A stretch of 63,776 nt of DNA, the filler included, from Reticulomyxa filosa (lineage: Eukaryota > Protista > Foraminifera), in assembly GCA_000512085.1 (NCBI GenBank). It is 20 parts of 20 records of this genome, joined end to end, with 100 filler letters (N's around TTAATTAATTAA, not from the genome) between each part and the next. Parts side by side here need not be neighbours in the genome. Positions count along the whole stretch, not along the records: positions 46,763 to 51,051 come from ASPP01011445.1; positions 51,152 to 54,945 come from ASPP01026290.1; positions 55,046 to 56,132 come from ASPP01045900.1; positions 56,233 to 59,953 come from ASPP01049027.1; positions 60,054 to 62,182 come from ASPP01007279.1; positions 62,283 to 63,776 come from ASPP01034800.1; 14 more parts are not named here. One strand, given 5' to 3'. Below the pieces are notes generated by a model. The model was not told the DNA's origin and did not search any database. It was given only the letters and a program-made list of their open reading frames with translations. Positions 49,380 through 62,315 of the stretch are shown piece after piece; position 1 is the stretch's first letter; the number at the start of each line of letters is the position of its first letter. Position numbers and translations under genes: made by a program.

Positions 49380-51151
49380 TGTCTAATACTGAAAACTGCT
49401 TCATTAAAATGTTAAACATAATTTGTTCATTTGCTATAGTTTGTTTTCTTTATTTAAAAGATACTTTTCTTTTCGGAAAATAAAAAAAAATTGTACTTGC
49501 AGCAAAAAATTCTTCGTCCAGATTGCCACAGTGGTAGTAAATATTTTTGGAAACAAATAGAAGAGGTCAATAATTGGTACAAAATTGGAATTAACAAATC
49601 CTCTTACCTTTCTTTTTGTTTGCGGCATTTTGTGAAGATTTTCAGTGACTTCGCGACAACGATTGATATTTAAAATTTTTCTTCCAATATATCCATAGTT
49701 TATGATGGAATCTTTGTATTGGATATTTCTTTCCTTGAAAAGATGAAAGAACAAAAAATAAAATTGTTTGAAAAACAAATAAAAACAACTCTTCAAAATA
49801 AATTAAAAAACATAAGTTTTTTATTTAATATTGTGATTTAGTTCACTTTTTTTTCATCCAGCATATCTTGAAAGCTTGCGACTTTTAAAAATTATTATCA
49901 TTGTTGTTTGAATAGTTGGAAAAGTCAGAAGGGTTGGAAAAGCATGAGCTGAAAGAACAGGAATTGGAAGAGCAGGAGTTGGAAGAGTTGATAATACGAT
50001 TTTCACGGACCAAAATGGTCCTTCCTAAAAAAAAACAAAAAAACCAATTAAATATTTAAATAAGAAAAAAAAAATATATAGTTAACTCATTAATGGAGCC
50101 ACTAACACAATTAAATCAAAAAAGATTGATAACAAAGTGATATAAATAATCGCAGGCATTTGATCTTTAACAAAATTAGCAGAATATAACAGACTAGCAA
50201 TGCTTACACTTTGGACAAGTAGCATATTCATCAATTAAAAAAAGAATTTTTGGATTGTTTTTCCTTGATTTTTTTAACTTTAAAAAATTTTTATTTGATA
50301 TCATTATATACATTTATGATAAAAATATTGAGAAAAATCAGTATTTATTTAAAATTCTTTTGAAAATATATACATTACATTAATTTTATCATCAGATGTA
50401 TGAATTCCAATTTATTGTTATTTTATTTTTTCAAATATTACTTTTAATAAATTGATTTTTGAGAAAAATTAACGAAGAATACATTTTCACAAAGCGAAAT
50501 TTTGTTTTGATTTTTCCACGAAGATGTAAAAAATATATGTCTTTTTAAAATTTTCTTAACAAATCGGTGAATAAAAATAAAAATTTTTTTGAAGAAATAA
50601 ACACAATACAAAGATTTCCATATATCATACCAAAAAAAAAAAGACAAACAGTGAAATCTGTAAAGAATATTATTGATTGCAAAAGAAAATCTATTACAAA
50701 TAATATCCAATTGAAATTTTCGAAAATTAAAAAGTTTTTGATAATATGCAATGTTTAACATTTCATAAAATACATTTGATGTAACTTATTGACATTAGTC
50801 AAGCACTTTTTGTCTAGAAATTTTAATTTGCAACAAAACAATTCAAAAGAGCATGAGCAAAAACAAATAAGCGATGGAGATTTCACAAATAATAGCATTA
50901 CTGTGGTTCTATTTTTTTGATCAAATATATTTCAAAATGATTTATTGATGAACAAAGTCAATCTTACTGGACGTCAAAATGGCAGCATGTCATATCTTTT
51001 TTTTAAAGATACAAGAATAACAGCACTTTCTTCACCAAAAAAAAAAAAAAANNNNNNNNNNNNNNNNNNNNNNNNNNNNNNNNNNNNNNNNNNNNTTAAT
51101 TAATTAANNNNNNNNNNNNNNNNNNNNNNNNNNNNNNNNNNNNNNNNNNNN

Positions 51152-51838
51152 GCCACAATCACAGCTACAGTCACAACCACAAGATGAAAATGATTCATTT
51201 CAATATCCTTTTGACGATCCACAGGATTACAACAATCTTAAAGATTTTAATGATTTTAGTGACTTTAACAGTATCAATGATTTTGAAAATAGCAATAATA
51301 TTAATAAATTAGAAGTTATTTAATATATTTACATATTTTATTTTTATACATTACATTATGTTATATTTTTTAAAAAATAAAGACTGAAGGTAATGATCGA
51401 AAAGAAGATGAATGCTCGTCATCATTGTCAAAGGTGGTGTTACATAGATATTAATATATCTTTTGTTTTATGTTTATATTTTGTCAGATATAATAACACA
51501 ACAAAATTACATAATAATAGCAATATGACGAAAGCAATACAAGTATGAATGAAACTAATGGTGCAAATGGAATAAATTTATCACAAAAAGAATTTGAAAA
51601 AATTAGAGAAGGAATTTGGAAAAAAATGGTTGATTCAATGGCAACAAATGATTATTTATGTAATAAATTGAACAAAGAATGGAAAGATATGAAATCATTT
51701 CTCAAACAACATTTATTAACACATGATGAATGGGTCACTGTTAAATATCATCCCACTATGCTCAAGCATCTTAAAGCACGATTTCGCAGGGACTTACAAA
51801 ATCAGTCTGTTTCTGCTATTTTATTGAGTCAGTGTTGA
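51152..51838 (+). CDS. 3' exons of an unknown protein
   Basis: Short exons separated by AT-rich introns, ending in the 97-aa ORF 51545-51838; no recognisable motif. Confidence 0.35.
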
Positions 51839-52189
51839 TCTTTTTTTTGTTTGGTTGGGGAAGGGATTGCTTCGAATTGGTTTATACAACATTATTTAAT
51901 TGGCAAAATAGCGAAAAAATAGCAGTATTTCTTTGAAAATTCTCTGTAATTATAATGTCGAGATTTTTTTTCATTATACTGTATCACTATTTAATTTTTT
52001 TTTGTTACTTTTCAATGCTCATTCGCAACTCAAAGTAAGTACATCTCTGCTTTTTCATAGCTTTGAATAAATTAGATCGATTTTGGCGATAACAAAAAAA
52101 CGAAGCAAAGACATGTACGTACTAAAATAAACTACAAAACCAGCACAAAAAATTTTGCTTTTATTTTCTACTTTGCGAACATCGGGCAG

Positions 52190-54212
52190 TTAAACATGCT
52201 GATTGCACAATTTTTCATACATTTCTGTTCCCATGAAGCGATGAAAGGAATCTCCCATAAGAAACATTAGTTTGCTGATAACAGGACGAAACATAGTGGT
52301 TTTTTGTGCAACGCTCAGGCTATTCAATGCATTATCACTGAGCATCTTTTCAAAGTGAATCCGAAGGGGATAAGAAATATTCACTAAAAATGGAGCTCCA
52401 GATGACAAATACTTTTGAATAAGCAGATGGATCTTCTCGTTCATAGTTTTTCACTGTAAACAATTTCCGATTTTACCATTTCATCAGGCAAATTCACAAT
52501 GAGACTTTTTTCATCCTCCAACATACTACTTAAGAAATTAATATTAATATTTACAACATATATGCATTTATATTTGTATCTGTGTACTTATACATATTTT
52601 TTTTTCCACGTAATGAAACACAATCAACTTCTGACTGGAACCACGAGAAAGTAATGCAAATTGTAGTTGAGAGAGCTCATAGGTTGGAGTGGTAGTCATA
52701 GTGGGAAGTGAGGCTTGTTGTAATTCTTTGTCACGTTCAGATGATTGGCCCATGTGATAAGCTTCGAATTGAGTGAGTTCAATAACAGCTTTCAAATTTA
52801 TTTTTTTTTAGCACCTTGTATGAAATGAAAGGATAAAGAAGAAAGAAACAAAGTTTAAAATTGAAACAACAGGAAAACAACCTAACAAATTTTCATGAGC
52901 AAACTCGTGAAGCAAAAAATCCATAAATATTTCCAATCGAAACATGACAGCCAACATATCCTTCAATGATAAACAAGGAAGCGAATGAGAATGACTTGTG
53001 CAAGTATTACTACTGGGGAATACATTGGGAGCCCAATTCCATCGCTTGTTCCACCAACGTAGGTTATTTTGGGCAGGTTTAACTTTCTTTCCTTTGCTTT
53101 GTTCTGTTTGCGTTCTTTGCTGCTGCTTTTGTTTTCGCCACGACTCATATTCAATTGTCAACTCTCTTGCCACTTGCGAATCTCTTTTCCCATTCTTTTG
53201 CCTTTTGTCCATACATTCACAGACGTACAAATACAATATACGTACACATCAGTGTATCCGTACATATATATGCCTACGCATGTAGTAACTTATATTGCTT
53301 GTAAAAATCATTTAAACTTGCCCATTCGAGCACCACGTATGTGCTACAGAAACATACTCCTGCGATAAGTAGAGCGTAGAGAGGATTAAAGATAGCCAAG
53401 AGACAGAACTGGAACCGGGCTTCATCGGGGCCAAGAAAATCCAAAAGAGCGTAGATCGCATAGCTAGCTACAACAACCATTGAAATATATGAGATCCATT
53501 TCATCTCAGCACGTAAAAAAATGTAGTCGTGGTAAGAAGGCAAATGATATTTCCATAAGTAAAAGTACAAAATGGTGCAAAAAAGAAATGCTGTAAATTG
53601 AATGGTTCGGATTATCATTATGTTCTTAAGTATAAATTTCAGTGTATTAACAACTCCACATAAACATATGATTCCAGGCAAAAGTACGTATAAAAACAAA
53701 AATCGATCGTTTCCTAATGTATTTTTATGCTTTACGTACCATTGATGATTTCCTTTCACCTTAACACTTCCTTCGTTTGAATTTATGTGAATAATCCATT
53801 TTTTTTCACTATTTGCTAATGATAAATGAACATCGTATGAGAGCAACCATGCTCTCGCTATCACGAAGGATATCAATCCGTATACACCCAGCCAAAACCC
53901 AACAGTCTCCAATACGGCCACTGGCCAATACTCGGCATTATACGTTTTTATAAAAGACAAGTACATATACGCCGGTTTTTCTACCACTAGGAACAATATT
54001 CCGCTAATATTTTGAAACACTACTAACAAGGTGTGACGCTTATTCACTGTCGGAAAGTGTCGAAATGACCAAAAGCGAAATAAATAAAACAGATTTATTA
54101 TACCTAAAGACCATTCCAATAATGTCTCTCCCCAGAATATATATATGTAAGTATTTGACATTGTTCTGCCTTTTTTTTTTTTGGCTGTTACACACCTTGA
54201 CAAGGACCACAC
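52190..54212 (-). CDS. Multi-TM (7TM-like)-RGS fusion protein, multi-exon, exact start uncertain
   Basis: Several hydrophobic helices with KRHTLL, RAWLLSYD, DYIFLRAEMK; then RGS motifs FMDFLLHEFAHENLL, KYLSSGAPFLVNISY, LMGDSFHRF. Confidence 0.8.
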
Positions 54213-54432
54213 CAGTAATGTTTTTTTCTGTAAAAAAATACTATGTGTTTTTGTTACTGGTATATTCTCGTTCTGTCAAATCTCATCGAAACAATATTTA
54301 TGAAAAACCTTAAACATTCATATGGTGCTTTTTATAAAACTTTTGCTTCAAAAAAAACAAGAAAAAGGAAACAAAGCCGTCAGTTTTTTTTAAGTGAATC
54401 AATACGTTACCCCTTTTTGGTAAGACTGAACA

Positions 54433-54869
54433 ATGTATCTTCGAACTATAGCAGACGAGAATTTGCTCCCAGGAGACGGTGAAAAAAAATAAAAAAACAA
54501 GAAATTTTACTTTTTTCCTTTTTATTTTTACTGTAAATGGCCTTACTTTTCTAACGAACTGCGAAATTAATGTTTTAATTGATTACTACAAAAGAACTAT
54601 ATGTGCTGAAGAATGCTCCAAAGTCGACAGCACAACCTCTGGCCGATGCGATGATAAACTATCTGGCTCAAAAAGCACACGAAAAAGCAACACTAGTGTC
54701 CAAAGAACATGTGGAATGGGTGATGCAAATCACGGGAAATGCATTTAATTTGAGTATCGACGAGGAGGTGTGTCGAATTTTAGAAAATGCGTTGCAAATT
54801 TATGAGCGATGGTTAAACCCTGACACTCAACCCAAAGCGATTGCCGATCATTCTGAGCATTTTGCAAAA
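54433..54869 (+). CDS. N-terminus of a RalGAP/Rap-GAP-like protein (exons 54433-54478, 54594-~54869)
   Basis: Spliced MYLRTIADENLLPGDELYVLKNAP...HVEWVMQITGNAFNLSID...ALQIYERWL resembles the RALGAPB-type N-terminal motif (VxWxMExxxxxxxLP...xYxxW). Confidence 0.5.
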
Positions 54870-56799
54870 GTCTGACAAAAAAAAAAACTGTGATTTTTGT
54901 GTATGATATATACATATATATGTGCAGCAATCTTTCCCTTCTCTGNNNNNNNNNNNNNNNNNNNNNNNNNNNNNNNNNNNNNNNNNNNNTTAATTAATTA
55001 ANNNNNNNNNNNNNNNNNNNNNNNNNNNNNNNNNNNNNNNNNNNNAAAAAGTACACGATTTGTAGATATTTTTTAAAAAAAAAAATTAGTTGTGACTGTT
55101 GTTTTTTCATGTAGAAAATCAATCATGAATGTATGTTCCATAGATGTTTAGCTCGTTGTAATAATTTGGATAACTTTTTGTGCTTTCGTCTGTATTTTAA
55201 GATAAAATTGGCTGATCCATAGCTGTAATATTGCTGCTTTTTCAACTTTATTTTTTGTTCCAAACCTTTTTTGTATTCAATTATTTATTAAAGACGCTAC
55301 AATAATATTTACGTTTATATTTGCAAAGAATTCTTGGCAATGTGTTTTCTGCAATCAACATTAAAATAGCATTTGTCTCGTCAGCGTTTTCATCAAATAA
55401 ATTCTATAGTCTGAAACAACTTGTTGTCGGAATTTTGTTAGAATAGAAATTATTAAAAAAGAAAACAAATGCATTTCAACTTTGAAAAATTAATTTGACA
55501 AACAAATATGCTTGTTGAATATTGTAACTATTTTCTTTGGAGCGATAAAAACAGTATTAATTTGATGTATGTTTTTGCTTTGCGGACAAGAGAAAAAAAG
55601 GCTAGCAGCTGTAATTTTTCTGAATATTTTAACAAACTGTTGCAAATGGACTCATTAGATCTTTTTTCCTCCTATGAATTGATGGAACTTGTAAGTCGAA
55701 ATTTGCTTCGTCTGACAAACAAAATTCTTCTTGCTGACGTTGTTCGCTTGTTGTTTACGTACAAGTTGTTTATTATTCAAAATAATGTATTACCATTTTA
55801 ATGCTTTTGAAAAAACTTTTATCGGAAATACGCTTGCAATTTGTCCGTATCAGCAGGCATGTTGACCACCTTTCATGTCTGGTACAAACACGAAGGTATA
55901 GTTAACATAATGAAAAATCAAATTGCAAAGCAACACATACACGTTTAATATTTTAAAAATGGGGAATATTACATTGCGAAGTACAAACACATTTAGTAAA
56001 GTTATATTTGCACATCTTACAATGTGCAATTAATGCATTAAAGCTGTCCATATTTCTCTTGAGTTTGTCCGAGGAACGTACATAAAAACATTTTAAAAAA
56101 AAAGCAAAGGAAGGGAAAAGCGAAAAAGAAAANNNNNNNNNNNNNNNNNNNNNNNNNNNNNNNNNNNNNNNNNNNNTTAATTAATTAANNNNNNNNNNNN
56201 NNNNNNNNNNNNNNNNNNNNNNNNNNNNNNNNTATTAAAAATGCAACCAAATTGAGAGAAAGTGATAGTAAAGAAAACATGAAACATTTGTATTGCATGT
56301 TTTCTATTCAATAAAAGAAACTACAATAAGGCCATTAATAAAGAACAGAAATACAATGAAGATACAATGTGTGGAAGCACAAACAAAGTAAAAGGCGATA
56401 ATAAATCAAATGCATTGAATGAATCATCACCACAAAATCCCAGTCACTCAGAATTGATGAAATTGCTCTCGAAACAATTGAAAGTTCCATATGAAGAAGT
56501 GTACAATGAAATATCAGTGGAGCAAGCACTTGTTGCAAAAGCACATATTCACACCATTCAAACAGGGGCATTTTATCGTCGTGGTGCATCCACTAATCAA
56601 ACATATTTTCAATTTTGTCTTAATTCAACAGAATGAGTCCATTTATTTCCGATTTTATAAGTCGAAATTTTCAAAGATTGGATCTTCGAGAGGTGGAAGA
56701 GAAAGGATTAAGTCGCAGAACTGAAGCCAAAGGCGAAGCAGGTTGAAGGAAGGAAGTTTAAGGAAAGAAGACTTTATCATGGAGTTATGTATGGATGGT

Positions 56800-59700
56800 A
56801 CATATGATGAAAATATGAAAATAATACATCAACAATCATATTACAGAGTATTAACAAGTTAGATGAAACCAAGTAATGTGATTTGTATGATAATTGATAG
56901 CACACAAGAACGTGCAATTAAGTTAAACAAGTACGCATCGGATTTTATAAGTACGGCGATCTTTGATGAAATATTTATGGTTGTAATATTTGCATCCGAT
57001 TGATAGAATTAATGCATTGCACGTGGATAGTGCATGGCATGATATGTAAAATGTAGTGTATGTTTTCTAAAATTTACTTTATGCAATACTACTGATTGAG
57101 GACCTGAATGCAAGAATCAAATATACGGTGTGCACAGTGAATAACTAGAGCGAGAATCGGCTAATGTGTGGTGTCAAAAAAATGTGATCCGAATATTAAA
57201 TATAGAGAAATGTAAAGGGCAAAGAACATTCCATGCGAACAAGACATAGACAAAGATATTTTCGATTGTCGATTACGCCATAGTGAATAATCATTAATTT
57301 CAGGAATAAGAATAGATGTGTTAAAACAGTATATGGCATCAGATCATTATCCAATAAAGTGCACATTCGAACAAAGGAAAAATGAAAAGATAAAAGCAGT
57401 TAGATTGCACGTTCCATATCAATGTAAAGTAAACAATGATATGGATCGGATCCAGAATGCGGTAAAAGCATTTGTAGATATGAGTAATAAAAATACTGAT
57501 GATGAGACGGTAAAAGAAAGATACAATACAATAATTGAAGAGCTATACAAAACACTAACTGATAACAAGATAATAACATTCAAAAAGAATTCTATAGACT
57601 TGGCAGTGATTGGAAGACCAGATGCAGAATAGCTACATAACATTTTGGAAGAAATCAATATAATTTATTTCGTTTTCAAAATTATCAACTACGTATAATA
57701 CACTTTTTCTAAAAACATTACTAAGAAATTACTTTAAAAAATAAAAAACTACTATTTTGTATAACCTCCTTTTTTTCTTCAGTTCTAAAACAATCTCCGG
57801 CATATTGCTAATTAATTTCTGACAAAATTCTACTGTTATTTTTTCCCATTCATCTCGGACAATCTCACACAAGCTTTAGATTGATGTCTGTGATTTTATA
57901 CGCTGTTTTAATTCATTCAACAAATGTTCTATCTAATCCATATCTGCCGACTGTGAAGGCCACTAAAGAACATTAATATTACTTTTTGCAGTCATTGTTA
58001 TGTTGAAAAATGATATCAAGTTTTTCCATTTGATACCATTCAATGTTTTCCCTAGAATTGTTTGATACAATGCAATATATAGAGTATTCTCTACTATGCT
58101 TTATTGTTGGAGTTCTCCAGCAATACTGCCTACCATTTGAGTCAAAAACACTTACATTACTTTCGCCTGACCACAATACTTTCTTCCATTCTTCAATTGT
58201 CCAATTATATAATTGATAGCAAATGTTAAATGTTTTTGACGATGTATTTTCTTAAGATATTGTTTTTTTATTTTTTATTTTCCACGATATAGAGTTAGTA
58301 AAGTAATATCATTTTCAATTTCTTTCTTCATTCTAGTGGCTGTAGAATATTTTTCCAGATACTAGTAAACGTATCAACTTTCTTTCTATTTTGTGTTTTT
58401 GGAAGGTTCACATTACTTCGAATTAATGTTTTTCTTTTAATTTGGCTTATTTTCTCAATACTAATTCCAGTTTCTTGCTTTATTTTTCGATAAGACAATC
58501 CTTTTTTTAATCAAACTTCTACAAGCTTAATTTTTCTGGATTAGAGCTAGCACTACTCGAGGAACAGTACGGGTTTTGAAAAGGAAGAGTAATGATAAAC
58601 CACCTGATCATGCTCAAAAGGATATTATATCACGCAAAACATATATCCAAGAGACAAACATATATAATAAAGTGGACTTTAAGAAAGCATTCGACTAGGT
58701 GTGGCATGAAGGCTCATAGTCAAACTGGAAAAGATATTAGTAAGAGAAAAAATACTGTGCTTGATAAACTGAATATTAAGGGAATGTATTGTGATACCAG
58801 ATATAGATTGGTATTATGGTAGACCAATACCGGTCAGGAAGTGAAATAGACAATGATATTCAACAAATAGACAGTTGTTTAATGTGTATATTGATGATTT
58901 GATCAAGGGAATAAATATTGAAAAAAGAAAAGACATTACGTGTGACATGAAAAGTAGAACGAAGGGAATTCAAATACATAGGGGTGCTAATAGACTTGAA
59001 AACTGAAAGCTGGAACAATCAAGTAAACCAATTAATTAAGAAGCTCAAAGAAATATATACATATATCATCGTGTAACAAATGTATCATATGAGGGTTTAT
59101 GAAATACTACAAAATGGTGGTTAGACCCATGATGGAATACGGACTGCAGACAACCACTCAAATGAAGCGATTGGAGTCAATCCAATATAGATATCTGACA
59201 AAAATAATTGGAACATATAACCACGAGACATTCGAAGATAAGGGTACTTCTGGGAGTTATGGCAGTAAATGCAATGATAGACCTGCTTCGCCTAAAGACA
59301 TAGTATGACATCTTACAAAGTGATAACAGGCAAAAAAGGTACGTAATGCTATAGAGGCAACGGACCATAGAAAACATGGAAAAAATACATAGCCAAAGAG
59401 AACAAAGCTACACCAAAGAGATATATGAGACTCTAAACGAGTATGGTTTATATGAATATTGGACTGGAAGAATATATAACTAAGGACCAGTGGGATAAAC
59501 TGATACATGAAAAAATACTAGCGAAGAAGACATTGACTAAATCAAAATATCATCGTAATATATATTCCTGATAGAATTGTCCATAAGTATATGCTCAAAG
59601 CAAACATATTACAAAAAAATACAAAACATTGATAAGAGGAAAACACAACGTCATTCGCACCATTCGCAAGAATAATAACGGTGAATCCAAACTTTAACTG
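56800..59700 (+). mobile_element. Decayed non-LTR retrotransposon (APE endonuclease + reverse transcriptase remnants), boundaries approximate
   Basis: EDLNAR (~57100), VDYAI, SDHYPI (~57340); EEQYGF, VDFKKAFD*VWH (~58670), LFNVYIDDL (~58875), KYIGV, YKMVVRPMMEYG, LESIQ; many stops. Confidence 0.8.
57780..58530 (-). mobile_element. Decayed Tc1/mariner transposase nested in the LINE
   Basis: GLSYRKI (HTH), WTIEEWKKVLWSGES (cf. WSDES), IIFQHNND (cf. FQQDND), WPSQSADMD*IEN (cf. WPSQSPDLNPIEN), EWEKI...CQKLISNMP. Confidence 0.85.
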
Positions 59701-59778
59701 GAAAAGAACAATCAATAAAAAAGTATAGATACAAACAAAAGTGTGCATGTGCTTGGATGAATGGCAATGTCCGATAAT

Positions 59779-59880
59779 TCGCCGCAAATTCGTCTTGTCC
59801 CGCCGTGTACAATATATACAATTTTGCTTCTATCCAATCAATTTGCACGGTCTTGTGGTAAGAGTTTTCAATTTTTTCGT
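59779..59880 (-). pseudogene. Ras-family GTPase fragment
   Basis: IENSYHKTVQIDWIEAKLYILYTAGQDEF aligns with Ras switch I/II (IEDSYRK...LDILDTAGQEEY); the G3 Asp is lost and no P-loop is nearby. Confidence 0.6.
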
Positions 59881-60189
59881 TTTGTAAAAAATCTTCTGTT
59901 AATTAGTTGTTTTTAAATATACTAAATTGTAAGGAAATAATATTATGAAAATTNNNNNNNNNNNNNNNNNNNNNNNNNNNNNNNNNNNNNNNNNNNNTTA
60001 ATTAATTAANNNNNNNNNNNNNNNNNNNNNNNNNNNNNNNNNNNNNNNNNNNNCTTTTGAAACGTCACAAACAGTATTATTATTTTACGTGCTATTTTTA
60101 ATGATAACATAAGCATTTGTGCGCACATCCTTGCGCCACTAACTTTTTGGAAAAATTTGCCAAAGAAAGCCTCCTCACATGTATTCCCT

Positions 60190-60373
60190 TCAACAAAGAT
60201 AGAAAGCGACAATATCATTAAATTCTTTAATCCACCCAACGTGTTGCAATCGGACCACACGCACCCAATAATTGATGATACTTTTAATTTCGACTTGCGT
60301 CCACTTTTAAGAAGAAGAGAGGGAGGAGAAGAGAATTAAAAAAAAAAAAAAAAAGAAGCGAGCTTTTAAAATC

Positions 60374-60408
<35 letters not shown>

Positions 60409-61428
60409 TAATTATTTTTTTTAAATCGTAGTTGTGTAACTCCACACAATTTTTTTGATTGGAATGAAAAAATGAGTGGATTGGTTTTCTCGATCATCAT
60501 TTTTCCCTCCGATGAGATGAACGGCAAACTGAAAAGGATTGAAAACAGCAGCAGAGCCATTGATTGGAAAAGGCAGTGTAAAGTTGCATTGCGACCAAGA
60601 TTTTTTTTTGACATGAAAGATATGAATGGAGTCCGTACATTGGGATTTGTTAAAGTCCCAGCCTCCAAACAAGATGATTTGGTGGTTGAAGTATACGTAG
60701 GCAAAACTCCGACAAAACTTTAGAGTGGGGCATGTCGGTAAAATATGATATTCAAAAGCATGTGTGGATTGATGAAACTGAATGAGTATGATTTCATTTT
60801 CGGAAATTAATATGAAATGATGAGTGGACAATGGAATAAAACAGTGATAAAACACATCATTATCTTTGGATATTGGCAATATGTTGTTTTTCAAATTGTC
60901 GATGTATTTGTAGGTTTTCAAATCGACAATTTCAATATATCGGGGCGATCGTGTTATAAATAATAATGCATTGTCTGTCCCTCCGACCAATGCGCGAGCG
61001 CCTCCAAAGTCGTAATTTTCACCAAAAAACGTCCCATTGCCAAATGCAACCCATTTGTTTTTATGCTTGCTCTTCTGCTTGCTCCACACACTTTTGTAGT
61101 CCATTAGCATTGTGTGATATGGCACTGACCATCCGTAAGGACCCCCTCCAAATGATAACAGAGTTACTCGGTCCTTTTCTTTGCTTTCACTTCTTGCACA
61201 AATTATCACTGTGTGGCCGTACAGTGTCACTTCCTTTGGGTAGCTGCAAATCTCTTTGTATTGCCGCTTCGACACATGGTACGAATAACACTGGTTGTTG
61301 TGTGACCCTCCACATATCAACAACTCCTCTCCAAACCAAACACATTGTGCTCGATAAAAGTCTGCGGGCAAATCCGGTAACTGCTCAAAATTTAGCAAAG
61401 AGTTATCCTCATTTCGATGATGATCCAT
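60190..61428 (-). CDS. Kelch-like protein with the family motif as its C-terminal exon (exons 61428-60448, 60303-60190)
   Basis: ELLICGG, LLSFGG, IILFGGW, VHLIGG repeats; phase-0 intron leads to WTQVEIKSIINYWVRVVRLQHVGWIKEFNDIVAFYLC*. Confidence 0.85.
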
Positions 61429-61884
61429 TGGGAAAGTTCTCCATAAAGGGAGAATACTTTTACTTTTTTTTCTCAAACAACAAATTTTTTTAAAGGTTTC
61501 ATTTTGTTTTATTTAAACATTAGAACTCGTCACATCAACCTATTTTTGAAAATAAAGTAAGTACTTTTCTTTCAAAACAAATTACAAGCAGGTTTTGGAA
61601 TTGTTAAAATGAGAACGGTGCTTTTTCATTCGTCTATTTCAAGATAATTATGCATACGCTGCAATATCATGTAAAAAGAACCTAGCTGTGGTATGTAGAT
61701 ATACAAAGGCAAATCATCAAAAAAGATAGAACTGAAATTTTAAATTAAAATTTAAAAAATGTTTCAAAATCTTTCTGTTGTGGCACGAAGTAAATGTACA
61801 AATAAAAAAAATATATTAAATAAAATATTTTGACGGAAGGGGGGGATGGTCGTGGTTTTGTTGTGAGGGCATTGATTGTGTAAA

Positions 61885-62138
61885 ATGCTTCCGATGAATG
61901 AATCCGAAGAGCCATTTTTGGTGTTTTCTCGTTATTTTGAAGAGTTGTGTAAAAAATTAGATGAACGTCCATGTAAGAACAGTGACGATATATCAGAAAA
62001 AGCAAACGAAGAGGGCAGCGAATTATCGAACGAGTTATTACTAACTTGTGCCAAATTAGCAGAATGGGTCTACGACGCCCAAGCGACGAACCTGCCAGAC
62101 AAAGAGAAATTTTATGCGCCCAACATCTGTCAAAGCGG
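61885..62138 (+). CDS. 5' exon of an unknown protein (possibly class-3 lipase-like N-terminus)
   Basis: Coding-like ORF ending at GT + poly-A; CAKLAEWVYD weakly recalls lipase-3 N-terminal helices. Confidence 0.3.
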
Positions 62139-62282
62139 TAAAAAAAAAAAAAAAAAAAAAAAATAAAAAAAAAAAAAAAAAANNNNNNNNNNNNNNNNNN
62201 NNNNNNNNNNNNNNNNNNNNNNNNNNTTAATTAATTAANNNNNNNNNNNNNNNNNNNNNNNNNNNNNNNNNNNNNNNNNNNN

Positions 62283-62315
<33 letters not shown>

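Noticed and set aside
2888-62282. Recurring TTAATTAATTAA as a CRISPR repeat, telomere or biological element
   Set aside because: Always centred in exactly 44+44 Ns; it is an assembly linker with six-frame stops.
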